Assembly: GCA_964646045.1 (NCBI GenBank)
Contig: CAZYAW010000162.1
Coordinates: forward strand, 1-39,264
From: an uncultured Victivallales bacterium
Lineage (GTDB): Bacteria; Verrucomicrobiota; Kiritimatiellia; UBA8416; SLMC01
Direction of reading: 5' to 3'
Length of the DNA: 39,264 bases
Shown piece by piece: positions 1-7,981 of the stretch; within the stretch, counting starts at the first letter, position 1; every line of letters starts with the position of its first letter. The position numbers were made by a program, and so were the translations under genes. The notes beneath the pieces were generated by a model, which was not told the origin of the DNA, did no database searches, and saw nothing but the letters and a program-made list of their open reading frames with translations.

Positions 1-161
1 TAAGCGAGTTTTTCTGCTGCGAGCACGCCAACGCCAACGCCTGCGGCACTTGAGGCGTGGCGCGCATTTCACCCATATTTCAATATGCGAGAATCGCGCG
101 CCACGCCTCAAGCACCGCATCCACAGTCGTTTGCGCACTCTCGCGACGAAAACCTCGCTTA
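1..161. mobile_element. Long imperfect palindrome, MITE-like (may extend left of the window)
   Basis: Ends TAAGCGAGTTTTTC (1-14) and GAAAACCTCGCTTA (148-161) are inverted repeats with 1 mismatch. Perfect 17-bp inner stem CTTGAGGCGTGGCGCGC (49-65) / GCGCGCCACGCCTCAAG (96-112); apical CATATT-tc-AATATG. Confidence 0.65.
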
Positions 162-199
162 TTCTAGGACTAGGAAACAACGAAACGGAGGAACGGAAG

Positions 200-1186
200 A
201 TGGGCGACGATCCGGCGAGAGCGAGTGGAGAGACGGGGCGGAGTCTTTATTTGTTTCTTGACGGAGACTCCGGTAAAAACCCTTGCGGAACGGAAGTCTC
301 GTTCAATCAACACGGGCAAGATGCCCGTGCCACGTTCAGTAAACACGGGCAAGATGCCCGTGCCACGTTCAGTAAACACGGGCAAGATGCCCGTGCCACT
401 TTTGACCGGCATGGGTTTTGCAAGAGCCTCAACGGTCTGTGCGCGCTGGTCTTGAGTGTAGCGTTCAGCGGCTGCACTTTGGCGCCGGAACGGGCGCAGA
501 CGCCCCGGCCGGGTCGCGACTGGACCTCGCCCGCCACCGGCATGGAGTTCGTCTGGATCGAGGCGCTGCGGATGTGGGTGGGCAAATACGAGGTCACCAA
601 CGGCGAGTATCGTCGGAAGGAACCTGCCCACGATTCGAAAAACTTCCGCGGACACAGCACGAATGGCGACCGTCAGCCGGTCGTGTACGCCAATTTTCCG
701 AGAGGCAAAGCCTATGCGGAGTGGCTGACCGAGCAGGATCGGGACCGGCTGGGCGTTTTCCGTTATCGTATGCCCAGTGTGGAAGAATTTCAGGTGTATG
801 CGCAATGCGGCGACGGACGCGTCTATCCCTGGGGCGACGCCTGGCCGCCGGTCAGCGGGCAGGCCGGCAATTATCTTGATCAAAGCGCGCAGCGGACACT
901 GGGTTTCCAGGGTATGGAAGGCTATGACGACGGCTTTGCGGTCACGGCGCCGGTGGAGGAATCCTGGGTCAATCCCTGGGGTCTTTACGGGGTGAGCGGC
1001 AATGTCTGGGAAGCCTGCGCGGCCGACAGCAGCGGCGCCGAGTACGGGCAATGGCGCGGCGCGGCATGGGTCATTGTGGCGAAGGAACACCTGCGTTGCG
1101 ATTTCGGCTATTCGGACGCCGAGTACGGCAAAGCCGGCCACAAGCTCAATCGCAAACACGGCTTCCGGCTTGTCCTGGCGCCGTAG
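200..1186 (+). CDS. FGE-sulfatase (SUMF1 / formylglycine-generating enzyme fold) domain protein, probable lipoprotein
   Basis: Motifs GMEFVWI, GKYEVTN, QPVV, YRMPS..E, YPWG, TAPV, NPWGLYGVSGNVWE, GFRLV. Hydrophobic stretch ends in a lipobox-like FSGC. ATG200 follows GGAGG. Start uncertain. Confidence 0.8.
   Translation: MGDDPARASGETGRSLYLFLDGDSGKNPCGTEVSFNQHGQDARATFSKHGQDARATFSKHGQDARATFDRHGFCKSLNGLCALVLSVAFSGCTLAPERAQTPRPGRDWTSPATGMEFVWIEALRMWVGKYEVTNGEYRRKEPAHDSKNFRGHSTNGDRQPVVYANFPRGKAYAEWLTEQDRDRLGVFRYRMPSVEEFQVYAQCGDGRVYPWGDAWPPVSGQAGNYLDQSAQRTLGFQGMEGYDDGFAVTAPVEESWVNPWGLYGVSGNVWEACAADSSGAEYGQWRGAAWVIVAKEHLRCDFGYSDAEYGKAGHKLNRKHGFRLVLAP
264..430. mobile_element. MITE-like element family 1, copy A, containing three tandem REP-like palindromes
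   Basis: Imperfect terminal inverted repeats GAGACTCCGGTAAAAACCC (264-282) / GGGTTTTGCAAGAGCCTC (413-430); flanks gacg / aacg. Confidence 0.6.
311..399. repeat. Three CACGGGCAAGATGCCCGTGCCAC REP-like palindromes, 33-bp period
   Basis: Identical units at 311-333, 344-366 and 377-399; translated in-frame as HGQDARAT. Confidence 0.95.
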
Positions 1187-1218
1187 CGCCCCGAGCAGGC
1201 GCTTCAAAATAACTTCAG

Positions 1219-1323
1219 ACTTCCTGACCTCGCACTACGGCGGACAAGACGGCGGTACGCGTCCAGCTTGTGTATTGACAAAACAGGCGAAACGCCTGTT
1301 CCGAATACCGAATCCAACCGAAT
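1219..1323 (+). repeat. Intergenic repeat family 2, copy A
   Basis: Co-linear with the reverse complement of 18802-18945; contains hairpin AACAGGCG-aaa-CGCCTGTT; lies between convergent genes. Confidence 0.8.
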
Positions 1324-1398
1324 TTTACGGCCATAGAGAAAAAGGGGACAAGGAAAGATTAGGGCGAAAGATAAAGGTATTTCCCCAATCGCGCGGAT

Positions 1399-1935
1399 TT
1401 ACCAGTGCTCGATGCAGGCCGCCACGATGTTGCGGGCCAGGTCGAGCGAGGCGTCCGGAAAGGCGTTGCGGCGCGAGGCGGTCATATCCCCGACAAAATC
1501 GAAATCGGCGTGACCCTCCACCGTTCTCTCGGACAGTAGTCGTTCGCCGTCCGCCGTCCGCACCAAAGACAGGGTCGCACCGATGCGCAAGCGGTATTCC
1601 ACCGCCGAGTCCGCCTCGTCGCGCCGATAGCGCAGCGGCTCCTCCCGAATCGTTGCCAATGTGACCGTCAGCTCGGCGTCGGCATCCGTCGCCGTCGCAA
1701 TGCGCAAAGTCCCGTCCCGCTGAAATTCACGAATCACCGCTTCCGTGAATTCGCCTTCCAGTTGCGGTTCGCCGGTCAGATTGCGGAAGGCCGGCACATG
1801 GACGGTCCGAATGTCGGGCGGCAGCGAGGAGCCCAGCCGGTAGCCGAGCGAGCTGCAACCGGTCGCCAACAGCATGGCGCCGCACCAGACGGCGGCGGTC
1901 GCGCGCCACAGGGGAAAGGGTTTTTCGGATTTCAT
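1399..1935 (-). CDS. lptE: LPS assembly lipoprotein LptE family
   Basis: Lipobox LATGC followed by GYRLGS..P.DIRTVHVP.F.N.T; DADAELTVTL; size fits; overlaps the bamD stop (ATGA). Confidence 0.75.
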   Translation of the reverse strand: MKSEKPFPLWRATAAVWCGAMLLATGCSSLGYRLGSSLPPDIRTVHVPAFRNLTGEPQLEGEFTEAVIREFQRDGTLRIATATDADAELTVTLATIREEPLRYRRDEADSAVEYRLRIGATLSLVRTADGERLLSERTVEGHADFDFVGDMTASRRNAFPDASLDLARNIVAACIEHW

Positions 1936-2972
1936 GGTCTGTTGCCCTCTCCGCGTCCCTGCGTCTGCAGTTCACGGATGCGCGTTTTGACGAATTCGGC
2001 CCTGGCGGAGGCCGGGAACCGCTCCAGAAAACCGCTGTAGGCAATGACGGCGGCCTGGGCGGGGAAACGGTCCCGATCGTAAAAAGCGGCGCGCCGATAG
2101 TGTCGTTCTTCCAGTAGATCGGCGATTTCGCGCAATTGCGCGCGCGTTTCCACCAGAAATTCCGGGCCCGCCCCGCGCGAGCGGTCCAGAATCATGGCAT
2201 GCGCATCGTGGGCGATCCGCAGGCCGTTCTCGTCCCGCGGGTAGCGAGTCGCTTCCCGGTAGAGGCAATGGGCGCGGCGCGCCAGCGCTTCCTCGACCAG
2301 GGGACTGCTCCCGTAACGCATGATCATTTTCTCGTAGGCGTCGGCCGCTTCCAGCCACTCGCGGCTCTCTTCGTGGATCACCGCGATATGGAACGCCGCC
2401 TGATCCGCTTCTTCCGCCTGCGGCGCGTTCAGCAGAATGCGCCGGAAGAGCGGCAGTGCGGCCCTGGACGCGGGACTCTTTCCTTGCGAATCGGTTTTCG
2501 GCCGCATGATATGGTTGGCAATGCGCATTTGCGCTTCGTAGGCGGCGCGGAAAGGGGCACGGCCCGGAAAATGATCGATCAGATACTGGTATTCGCCAAA
2601 CGCAGCCGGATAGGATCCGTTCTGTTCGCGAATTTCGGCATAGGCCTGTTGCGCGCGGGGTGCGTAGGGGGAATCGTGCCATTCATGCACCAGCGCTCGA
2701 AAGGCTCGGGCGGCCCGGTTTCTGGAGCCCGCCTCGCGCAGCTCTCGGGCATGCTCCCATTGCTCTTCCGGCGTCTGACGGGATGGACGACCGAAAAAAC
2801 GGTTGGGGGTTTTGCGCCGCGGGGATTCGAAGATTTCGCGCCGGGTCGTTCCGAGATCGGCGGGATCGGAATCCGGCCCCTGCGCTCGGGCCGCATCCGG
2901 GACGGCCCATGCCAGCGTCAGCCCTACGACGCCCACGCGCACAGCCCCAAAAATACGTGAGTCGTTTTTCAT
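1932..2972 (-). CDS. bamD: Outer-membrane protein assembly factor BamD-like TPR protein
   Basis: Signal peptide; TPR repeats with SPYAPRAQ, YQYLIDHFP, SPLVEEAL; C-terminal A.FY...AAVIAY..FLERFPAS; adjacent to lptE. Confidence 0.7.
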   Translation of the reverse strand: MKNDSRIFGAVRVGVVGLTLAWAVPDAARAQGPDSDPADLGTTRREIFESPRRKTPNRFFGRPSRQTPEEQWEHARELREAGSRNRAARAFRALVHEWHDSPYAPRAQQAYAEIREQNGSYPAAFGEYQYLIDHFPGRAPFRAAYEAQMRIANHIMRPKTDSQGKSPASRAALPLFRRILLNAPQAEEADQAAFHIAVIHEESREWLEAADAYEKMIMRYGSSPLVEEALARRAHCLYREATRYPRDENGLRIAHDAHAMILDRSRGAGPEFLVETRAQLREIADLLEERHYRRAAFYDRDRFPAQAAVIAYSGFLERFPASARAEFVKTRIRELQTQGRGEGNRP

Positions 2973-2994
2973 AAATTTGCCATTCTATCCGCCA

Positions 2995-3083
2995 ATGAAC
3001 CCTTGGAACTGCGGACGTACCCCAATACACACGGGCAAGATGCCCGTACCACGTTCGACAGACAGGGTTTTTGCCAGAGCCTC
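2995..3083. repeat. MITE-like family 1, copy B (single REP, degenerate left end)
   Basis: 3030-3083 matches 377-430 at 46/54 positions without gaps; upstream AACCCTT also shared. Confidence 0.8.
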
Positions 3084-3096
3084 CTTGTAGCGAAAC

Positions 3097-3124
3097 AACC
3101 TAGCATGATCCGGCGCGAGTGCAA
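3097..3124 (-). promoter_or_regulatory. Putative sigma70 promoter for bamD-lptE
   Basis: TTGCAC-16 nt-TAGGTT with extended TGn and an A-rich upstream tract. Confidence 0.45.
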
Positions 3125-3165
3125 GTGTTTTTTCGGGTTGTACCGGCTTGGGCTGGGCCGGCGCC

Positions 3166-4038
3166 TCACACGACGTCCGTCGTCAGCAGAGAAAAAATCA
3201 GGGCGACAGCGTTGAACATGGCGTGTATGATGATCGGCGTCCACAGGGAGCGGGTCATGACATAGGCCAAACTCAACGTGACGGCCAGCGTGAAAAGCGG
3301 CAGCAACGCCGGCCCATGGAGATGCAGGAGGGCGAAGACCAGAGCCTGAACGACGATGGCCGGCCAGGGAGACGATATTTTGAGCAGGGCGCTGAAGATG
3401 ACGCCGCGGAACAACAGTTCCTCGAACAACGGCGCCAGAACCACCGCCGTCAGCGTCAGCCAGAAGCGATCGATCCAGGACGTGGCCGGACTGGTAAAGG
3501 CCAGTACCGTGTCCTGCGGCGCGGCCTCGACGCCCAGCGTGTAAAGCAAGCCGATGTTCAGCAAGCCGACCAAGGTCAAGGGCGGAACGATCGCCAGATA
3601 GAGCCAGGCGCCCGTGCGCAGGATCTGTTGCCAGGGTCGAACGAGGGGCGGCGGGCGGGCGGCGGGCGCCGTGACGCAAGACGGGCCGGGCTCCGCTGCG
3701 GGCGCCGCCGGCGGCCCGTCGACGTGGTGACGGGCCAGAATGGCGGCGCGGAAAAGCAACAGCAGCGCCAGCATCGTGGCGAAAGGAAGCGTCAGAGAGA
3801 AGAAGAAAGACGAGAAAGGCAGCCATACCCAGACGAACGGCAACGTCGGAACGACCAGAGCGATGAACCCGACATGCAGGAGGTTCCACGGTTGACGCCG
3901 CACCATGCCGATGCCGACCGGCAGAAAGGCGCGATGCGCCCGCCAGTTCCGGAACAGACGCACGTCCGCCGCGATGCCGAAGCCCAGAAGATTCAAAAAG
4001 AGCCATGCGCCAAGGGTCTGGAAAACATGCATGCGCAC
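3166..4038 (-). CDS. CPBP (CAAX/Abi) family intramembrane glutamic endopeptidase
   Basis: APLFEELLFRG, FALLH and IIIHAMFN motifs; multiple TM helices. Confidence 0.85.
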   Translation of the reverse strand: MRMHVFQTLGAWLFLNLLGFGIAADVRLFRNWRAHRAFLPVGIGMVRRQPWNLLHVGFIALVVPTLPFVWVWLPFSSFFFSLTLPFATMLALLLLFRAAILARHHVDGPPAAPAAEPGPSCVTAPAARPPPLVRPWQQILRTGAWLYLAIVPPLTLVGLLNIGLLYTLGVEAAPQDTVLAFTSPATSWIDRFWLTLTAVVLAPLFEELLFRGVIFSALLKISSPWPAIVVQALVFALLHLHGPALLPLFTLAVTLSLAYVMTRSLWTPIIIHAMFNAVALIFSLLTTDVV

Positions 4039-5013
4039 TCAGTCCTCGAAGCCGACGCGTTCCCGCACGGTATAGATGGGTTTGTCCTGCGATTCGTGGT
4101 AGGTGCGCGTTTGCAGTTCCGCCAGCAGGCCCATGCTGACAAACTGCAGGCAGAACAGAATCAGCATAAAGGGCGTGATCACCCAGAACGGACGTTTGAC
4201 GAGATCCGCCGCGAAGGCGGTGTCGAACAGCAGATACGAAAGATGTCCACACAGAACGGTCAGCATCATGAGCAGACCGGGCAGGCCGAAGAAAAATCCG
4301 ATTTTGCCGAAAATCTGGATGGGGCGCGTGCTGTAGCGCAACAGAAAGTTGACCGTGGCCAGATCGAGCGCCACCCGCAGCGTACGCGACAGTCCGTATT
4401 TGGAAACGCCGAAGCGACGCGGCCGATGGTTGACCTCCACTTCGCAGATCGTGCCGCCGACCCAGCGGACCAGGGCGGGAATGAAGCGATGCATTTCGCC
4501 GTACAACCGCACGTTTTTGACCACTTCCCGGCGATAGGCCTTGAGCGTGCAGCCGTAGTCGTGCAGCGCCACGCCCGTCGTGCGGCTGATCAGGGCGTTG
4601 GCGGCGATCGAGGGCAGGCGCCGACTGAAAAAACGGTCCTTGCGACTCTTGCGCCAGCCGCTGGCGACATCGAAGCCTTCTTCGATTTTGGCCAGCAGCC
4701 TGGGAATGTCGTCGGGATCGTTCTGGAGATCGGCGTCCAGCGTGACGATCACCCGTCCGACCGATTCCTGGAAGCCGGCTGTCATGGCGGCGGTCTGCCC
4801 GAAATTGCGGCGGAAACGGATCAGCCGAAAGCCCGGATACTGTTGCTGCGCCTCGCGCAGTTTTTCCCAGGATCCGTCCGTACTGCCGTCGTCCACCAGC
4901 ACCACCTCCCAGGCGAGCTTCAGGCGCGACAGGCTTTCATGCAGGGTTTGACAGAGCAGAGGCACATTCTCCACTTCGTTATAGACCGGGACAACGACCG
5001 AGAGTTCTTTCAT
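4039..5013 (-). CDS. Glycosyltransferase family 2, polyprenol-phosphate glycosyltransferase (ArnC/GtrB/DPM1-like)
   Basis: SVVVPVYNE, VDDGSTDGS, RRNFGQTAA, LDADLQNDP, YGEMHRFIP; two C-terminal TM helices. Confidence 0.9.
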   Translation of the reverse strand: MKELSVVVPVYNEVENVPLLCQTLHESLSRLKLAWEVVLVDDGSTDGSWEKLREAQQQYPGFRLIRFRRNFGQTAAMTAGFQESVGRVIVTLDADLQNDPDDIPRLLAKIEEGFDVASGWRKSRKDRFFSRRLPSIAANALISRTTGVALHDYGCTLKAYRREVVKNVRLYGEMHRFIPALVRWVGGTICEVEVNHRPRRFGVSKYGLSRTLRVALDLATVNFLLRYSTRPIQIFGKIGFFFGLPGLLMMLTVLCGHLSYLLFDTAFAADLVKRPFWVITPFMLILFCLQFVSMGLLAELQTRTYHESQDKPIYTVRERVGFED

Positions 5014-5122
5014 GGCAGGTTCCGTTTTAGAATTAAGTGCGCAACTCATACAAGCGCGATCAGATATAGCCGTTGCGGCGCTAAAGCGCCAGCATATTAT
5101 CGAAACGTTAAAGGCCCGTGGC

Positions 5123-5974
5123 TCAGGGGAAAAGAAGCTGTTGCAGGTGCGCGTAGCTTTCGGCGACCAGATCGGGCTGTACCGGAGCGGCGGCCAGATC
5201 GGAGCGGCGGCATACGCCGGTCAGCATCAGGGCGGTGGGGAGGCCCGCCGCCGCGCCGGCCGGGATGTCCGTTTGCAGATTGTCGCCGATCATCAGCGTG
5301 TGGCGCGGCGCGCAGCCTAGACGCGCGACGGCCATATCGACGATGGCGCGTTCCGGCTTGCCGATCATCTCGGGCGTTTGGCCGCACCCGGCGGCGACCG
5401 CCGCCACAATGGCGCCGGTGCCGGGGTAGAGTCCCTCGTGCGTTCGCAGACAGCCGTCGGGATTGGTCGCGACGAAACGCGCGCCCCGGTCGATCAGGCG
5501 ACAGGCGGTGACCAGCTTGGCATAGTCGAACGAGCGGTCGAAACTGACCAGTACCGTGTCGATGTGCGCGGCGCGATCCAGGTCGGGGCGGCACGCCATC
5601 AACGGTATGTGCGCGGCGTTGAGGGCCGCCAGCAGCGGTTCTTCGCCGATCACGTAGAGGCCGCGGACCGTCTGGAGGTAGGCGGCGGCGGCGCGGGCGG
5701 AGGTCAGGATGTCTTCCTCGGCGCAGGCAATGCCGTATCCCCGTAGATGTTGCGCCACGGTCGCTTCCGAGCGATTGGAGCGATTGGTCAGGAACAGCGG
5801 GCGAATCCCGCGGCGGGCGAGATCGGCGATAAAGCGCGCCGCGCCGGGCACCTCCTTCTCGCCCAGATACACGGTTCCGTCCAAATCGAAAATGGCCGCT
5901 TGCAGATCGCGTCCGAATCCGGCCGTATTCTTTGCAAGCGGGTCAACGGAAGGTTTGGGCGCGACGGGGCACAT
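5123..5974 (-). CDS. HAD-IIA family hydrolase (NagD-like sugar/nucleotide phosphatase)
   Basis: FDLDGTVY, FLTNRS, ATNPD, IGKP, MIGDNLQTDI, LMLTGV. Confidence 0.9.
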   Translation of the reverse strand: MCPVAPKPSVDPLAKNTAGFGRDLQAAIFDLDGTVYLGEKEVPGAARFIADLARRGIRPLFLTNRSNRSEATVAQHLRGYGIACAEEDILTSARAAAAYLQTVRGLYVIGEEPLLAALNAAHIPLMACRPDLDRAAHIDTVLVSFDRSFDYAKLVTACRLIDRGARFVATNPDGCLRTHEGLYPGTGAIVAAVAAGCGQTPEMIGKPERAIVDMAVARLGCAPRHTLMIGDNLQTDIPAGAAAGLPTALMLTGVCRRSDLAAAPVQPDLVAESYAHLQQLLFP

Positions 5975-5980
5975 AAACCG

Positions 5981-7666
5981 CTAGACCGACCGGGCTTTCA
6001 GGGATACAATGCGGTTGAAAACCGGTGCGGCGGGTCGCGAATCCTGCGGGTCGACGTAGAAATAGCCTTGTCGCTCGAACTGGACCCGTTGGCCGGGCCG
6101 GGCGTCGGCCCAGGCCGGTTCGACCTGGGCGGTGGTTTCGATCAGCGCGTTCGGATTCAGAGCGTCCTTCCAGTCGGCGCCCTCCGCGACTTCCTCGGGG
6201 CGCTCCGTCGTAAAGAGTCGGTCGTAGAGGCGGACCTTGGCCTCGGCCGCATGCCGGGCGGATACCCAGTGAATCGTGCCCTTGACTTTGCGGCCGTCCG
6301 GCGCGTGACCGCCGCGCGTGAGCGGGTCGTAGGTGCAGCGCAGCTCCACGACCGCACCGCTCTCCGCATCGCGTACGACCTCTCGACATACGATCAGGTA
6401 GCCGTAACGCAGTCGCACTTCGCGGCCAGGCGCCAGCCGGAAGAATTTTTTGGGCGGATCTTCCATGAAATCGCTCCGTTCGATATAGAGTTCGCGACAG
6501 AACGGAACCTTCCGCGTGCCGGCGTCGGGATCTTCCGGGTTGTTGACGGCTTCCAGTTCCTCCTCCCGGTCTTCCGGATAGTTTTCGACGACGACCCGCA
6601 GCGGATCGAGAACGGCCATGGCGCGCGGAGCGCAGGCGTTGAGTTCTTCGCGAATGCCGTGTTCGAGCAGGGCCGCGTCGGTGAAGCCGTCGAATTTAGT
6701 GACGCCGATTTTGCGGCAGAAGGCGCGGATGGCGGACGGCGTGTAGCCGCGTCGCCGCAGGCCGCACAGGGTCGGCAGACGCGGGTCGTTCCAGCCGCTC
6801 ACGTATCCGCCTTCCACGAGTTCCAGCAGCTTGCGCTTGCTCATGACGGTATAGGTCAAATTCAGGCGCGCGAACTCGATCTGCTGCGGACGGTGCAGAT
6901 CCAGCGCCTCGAGAATCCAGTCGTAGAGCGGGCGATGCACCTCGAATTCCAAGGTGCAGATCGAATGGGTTATGCCCTCGAAGGAATCGGAAAGACCATG
7001 TGCGAAATCGTACATGGGATAGAGAACCCACTGCGTTCCGGTGCGATGGTGCGCCACCTTGCGAATGCGATAGAGAACCGGGTCGCGCAAATGGAGATTG
7101 GGCGACGCCATGTCGATTTTGGCGCGCAGAACATAGCGGCCCTCGTCGAACTCCCCGGCGCGCATGCGCTCGAACAGGGCCAGATTCTCCGCGGGTGCGC
7201 GGTTGCGACTCGGACTTTCGCGACCCGGTCGCGTCGGCACGCCGCGATATTCGCGGAAGGCTTCGGTATCCAGGTCGCATACATAGGCCTTGTCCAGTCG
7301 GATCAGTTGGCAGGCGCATTCGTAGAGCCGCTCGAAATAGTCGGATGCGTAATAGAGGTGCGTACCCCAGTCCCAGCCCAGCCAGCGCACGTCTTCGACA
7401 ATGGCCTCGGTGTACTCCACGCTTTCGCGGGTCGGATTGGTGTCGTCGAAGCGCAGATGGCAGCGTCCGCCATACTGACGCGCCAGTCCGAAGTTGAGGC
7501 AAATCGACTTGGCATGCCCGATATGCAGGTAGCCGTTGGGCTCCGGCGGGAAGCGGGTCACTACGGCCCCGCCGTGCTTGCCGGCCTCGATATCGGCGTC
7601 GATGATTTCAGTGATAAAATTCGTAACGGCGTCGGCGCCGATTGCCTCTTTCGCTGCCTCTTGCAT
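5981..7666 (-). CDS. glnS: Glutamine--tRNA ligase
   Basis: [24 protein letters not shown] (HIGH motif), [34 protein letters not shown]. Confidence 0.97.
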   Translation of the reverse strand: MQEAAKEAIGADAVTNFITEIIDADIEAGKHGGAVVTRFPPEPNGYLHIGHAKSICLNFGLARQYGGRCHLRFDDTNPTRESVEYTEAIVEDVRWLGWDWGTHLYYASDYFERLYECACQLIRLDKAYVCDLDTEAFREYRGVPTRPGRESPSRNRAPAENLALFERMRAGEFDEGRYVLRAKIDMASPNLHLRDPVLYRIRKVAHHRTGTQWVLYPMYDFAHGLSDSFEGITHSICTLEFEVHRPLYDWILEALDLHRPQQIEFARLNLTYTVMSKRKLLELVEGGYVSGWNDPRLPTLCGLRRRGYTPSAIRAFCRKIGVTKFDGFTDAALLEHGIREELNACAPRAMAVLDPLRVVVENYPEDREEELEAVNNPEDPDAGTRKVPFCRELYIERSDFMEDPPKKFFRLAPGREVRLRYGYLIVCREVVRDAESGAVVELRCTYDPLTRGGHAPDGRKVKGTIHWVSARHAAEAKVRLYDRLFTTERPEEVAEGADWKDALNPNALIETTAQVEPAWADARPGQRVQFERQGYFYVDPQDSRPAAPVFNRIVSLKARSV

Positions 7667-7681
7667 AAATCGTATCCCGTA

Positions 7682-7775
7682 AGGCGGGCGGCGCCCGCAT
7701 CCCTAATTTCAAATGATGCGTCGCTTATGCGTCGCACCTCGCGTCGGAACACTCGCTTATTGAAGTTCTCAACGC
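7682..7775 (-). other. Three-hairpin structured element family 3, copy A (glnS leader)
   Basis: Homologous to 14284-14387 in the same orientation relative to the downstream gene; ends 15 nt before the glnS ATG. Confidence 0.7.
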
Positions 7776-7946
7776 GGCCTGTACGGTCCCGCCGAACGCA
7801 AACGGCGGCGCCTGGCCTGCGTAAAGAGCTATCAAACGGCTTTCGCACCTGTCAACAGGGTTTTCCGACTCCATCGGGTTTTCGTAGTCGTTCACGGTTA
7901 ACAGTTGCTCGAAGGCAAGATCCAATGGCGCCGCAAAAATTGCCGA

Positions 7947-7975
7947 TTGACCTGTCGAACGGATTTCAATAGGTT
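7947..7975 (+). promoter_or_regulatory. Putative sigma70 promoter for the antiporter gene
   Basis: TTGACC-17 nt-TAGGTT; predicted +1 falls at or near ATG 7982. Confidence 0.5.
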
Positions 7976-7981
7976 GCGGGA

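Noticed and set aside
311-399. CRISPR array
   Set aside because: Only three units, the 10-bp spacers are identical, the repeat is a REP-like palindrome, and no cas genes are present.
1040-1200. Diversity-generating retroelement target (FGE/CLec-fold C-terminus)
   Set aside because: No template repeat differing at adenines and no reverse transcriptase seen in the window; cannot be excluded elsewhere in the genome.
1274-1310. TTGACA promoter within 1219-1323
   Set aside because: No matching -10, it points into a convergent gene, and the homologous copy has ATAACA at this position.
3166-4038. Abortive-infection defence gene (Abi family name)
   Set aside because: The CPBP/Abi label reflects a historical naming; motifs indicate a membrane protease in a housekeeping operon with no defence context.
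3148-5511. 787-aa plus-strand ORF and other long antisense ORFs (5747-7972, 29281-32724, 34343-36247, 35914-37698, 15748-17541)
   Set aside because: Shadow frames of well-supported genes on the opposite strand, common in high-GC DNA; no recognisable motifs.
7682-7775. T-box riboswitch upstream of glnS
   Set aside because: No T-box consensus (GGTGGNACCGCG), specifier stem or U-tailed terminator, and the same element precedes phoU.
7826-7855. Minus-strand TTGACA as the glnS promoter
   Set aside because: Perfect -35 but no convincing -10 at 16-18 nt spacing; left unannotated.
7890-7910. GTTCAC/GTTAAC/GTTGCT repeats as a second Pho box
   Set aside because: Period is 7 bp rather than 11 bp.
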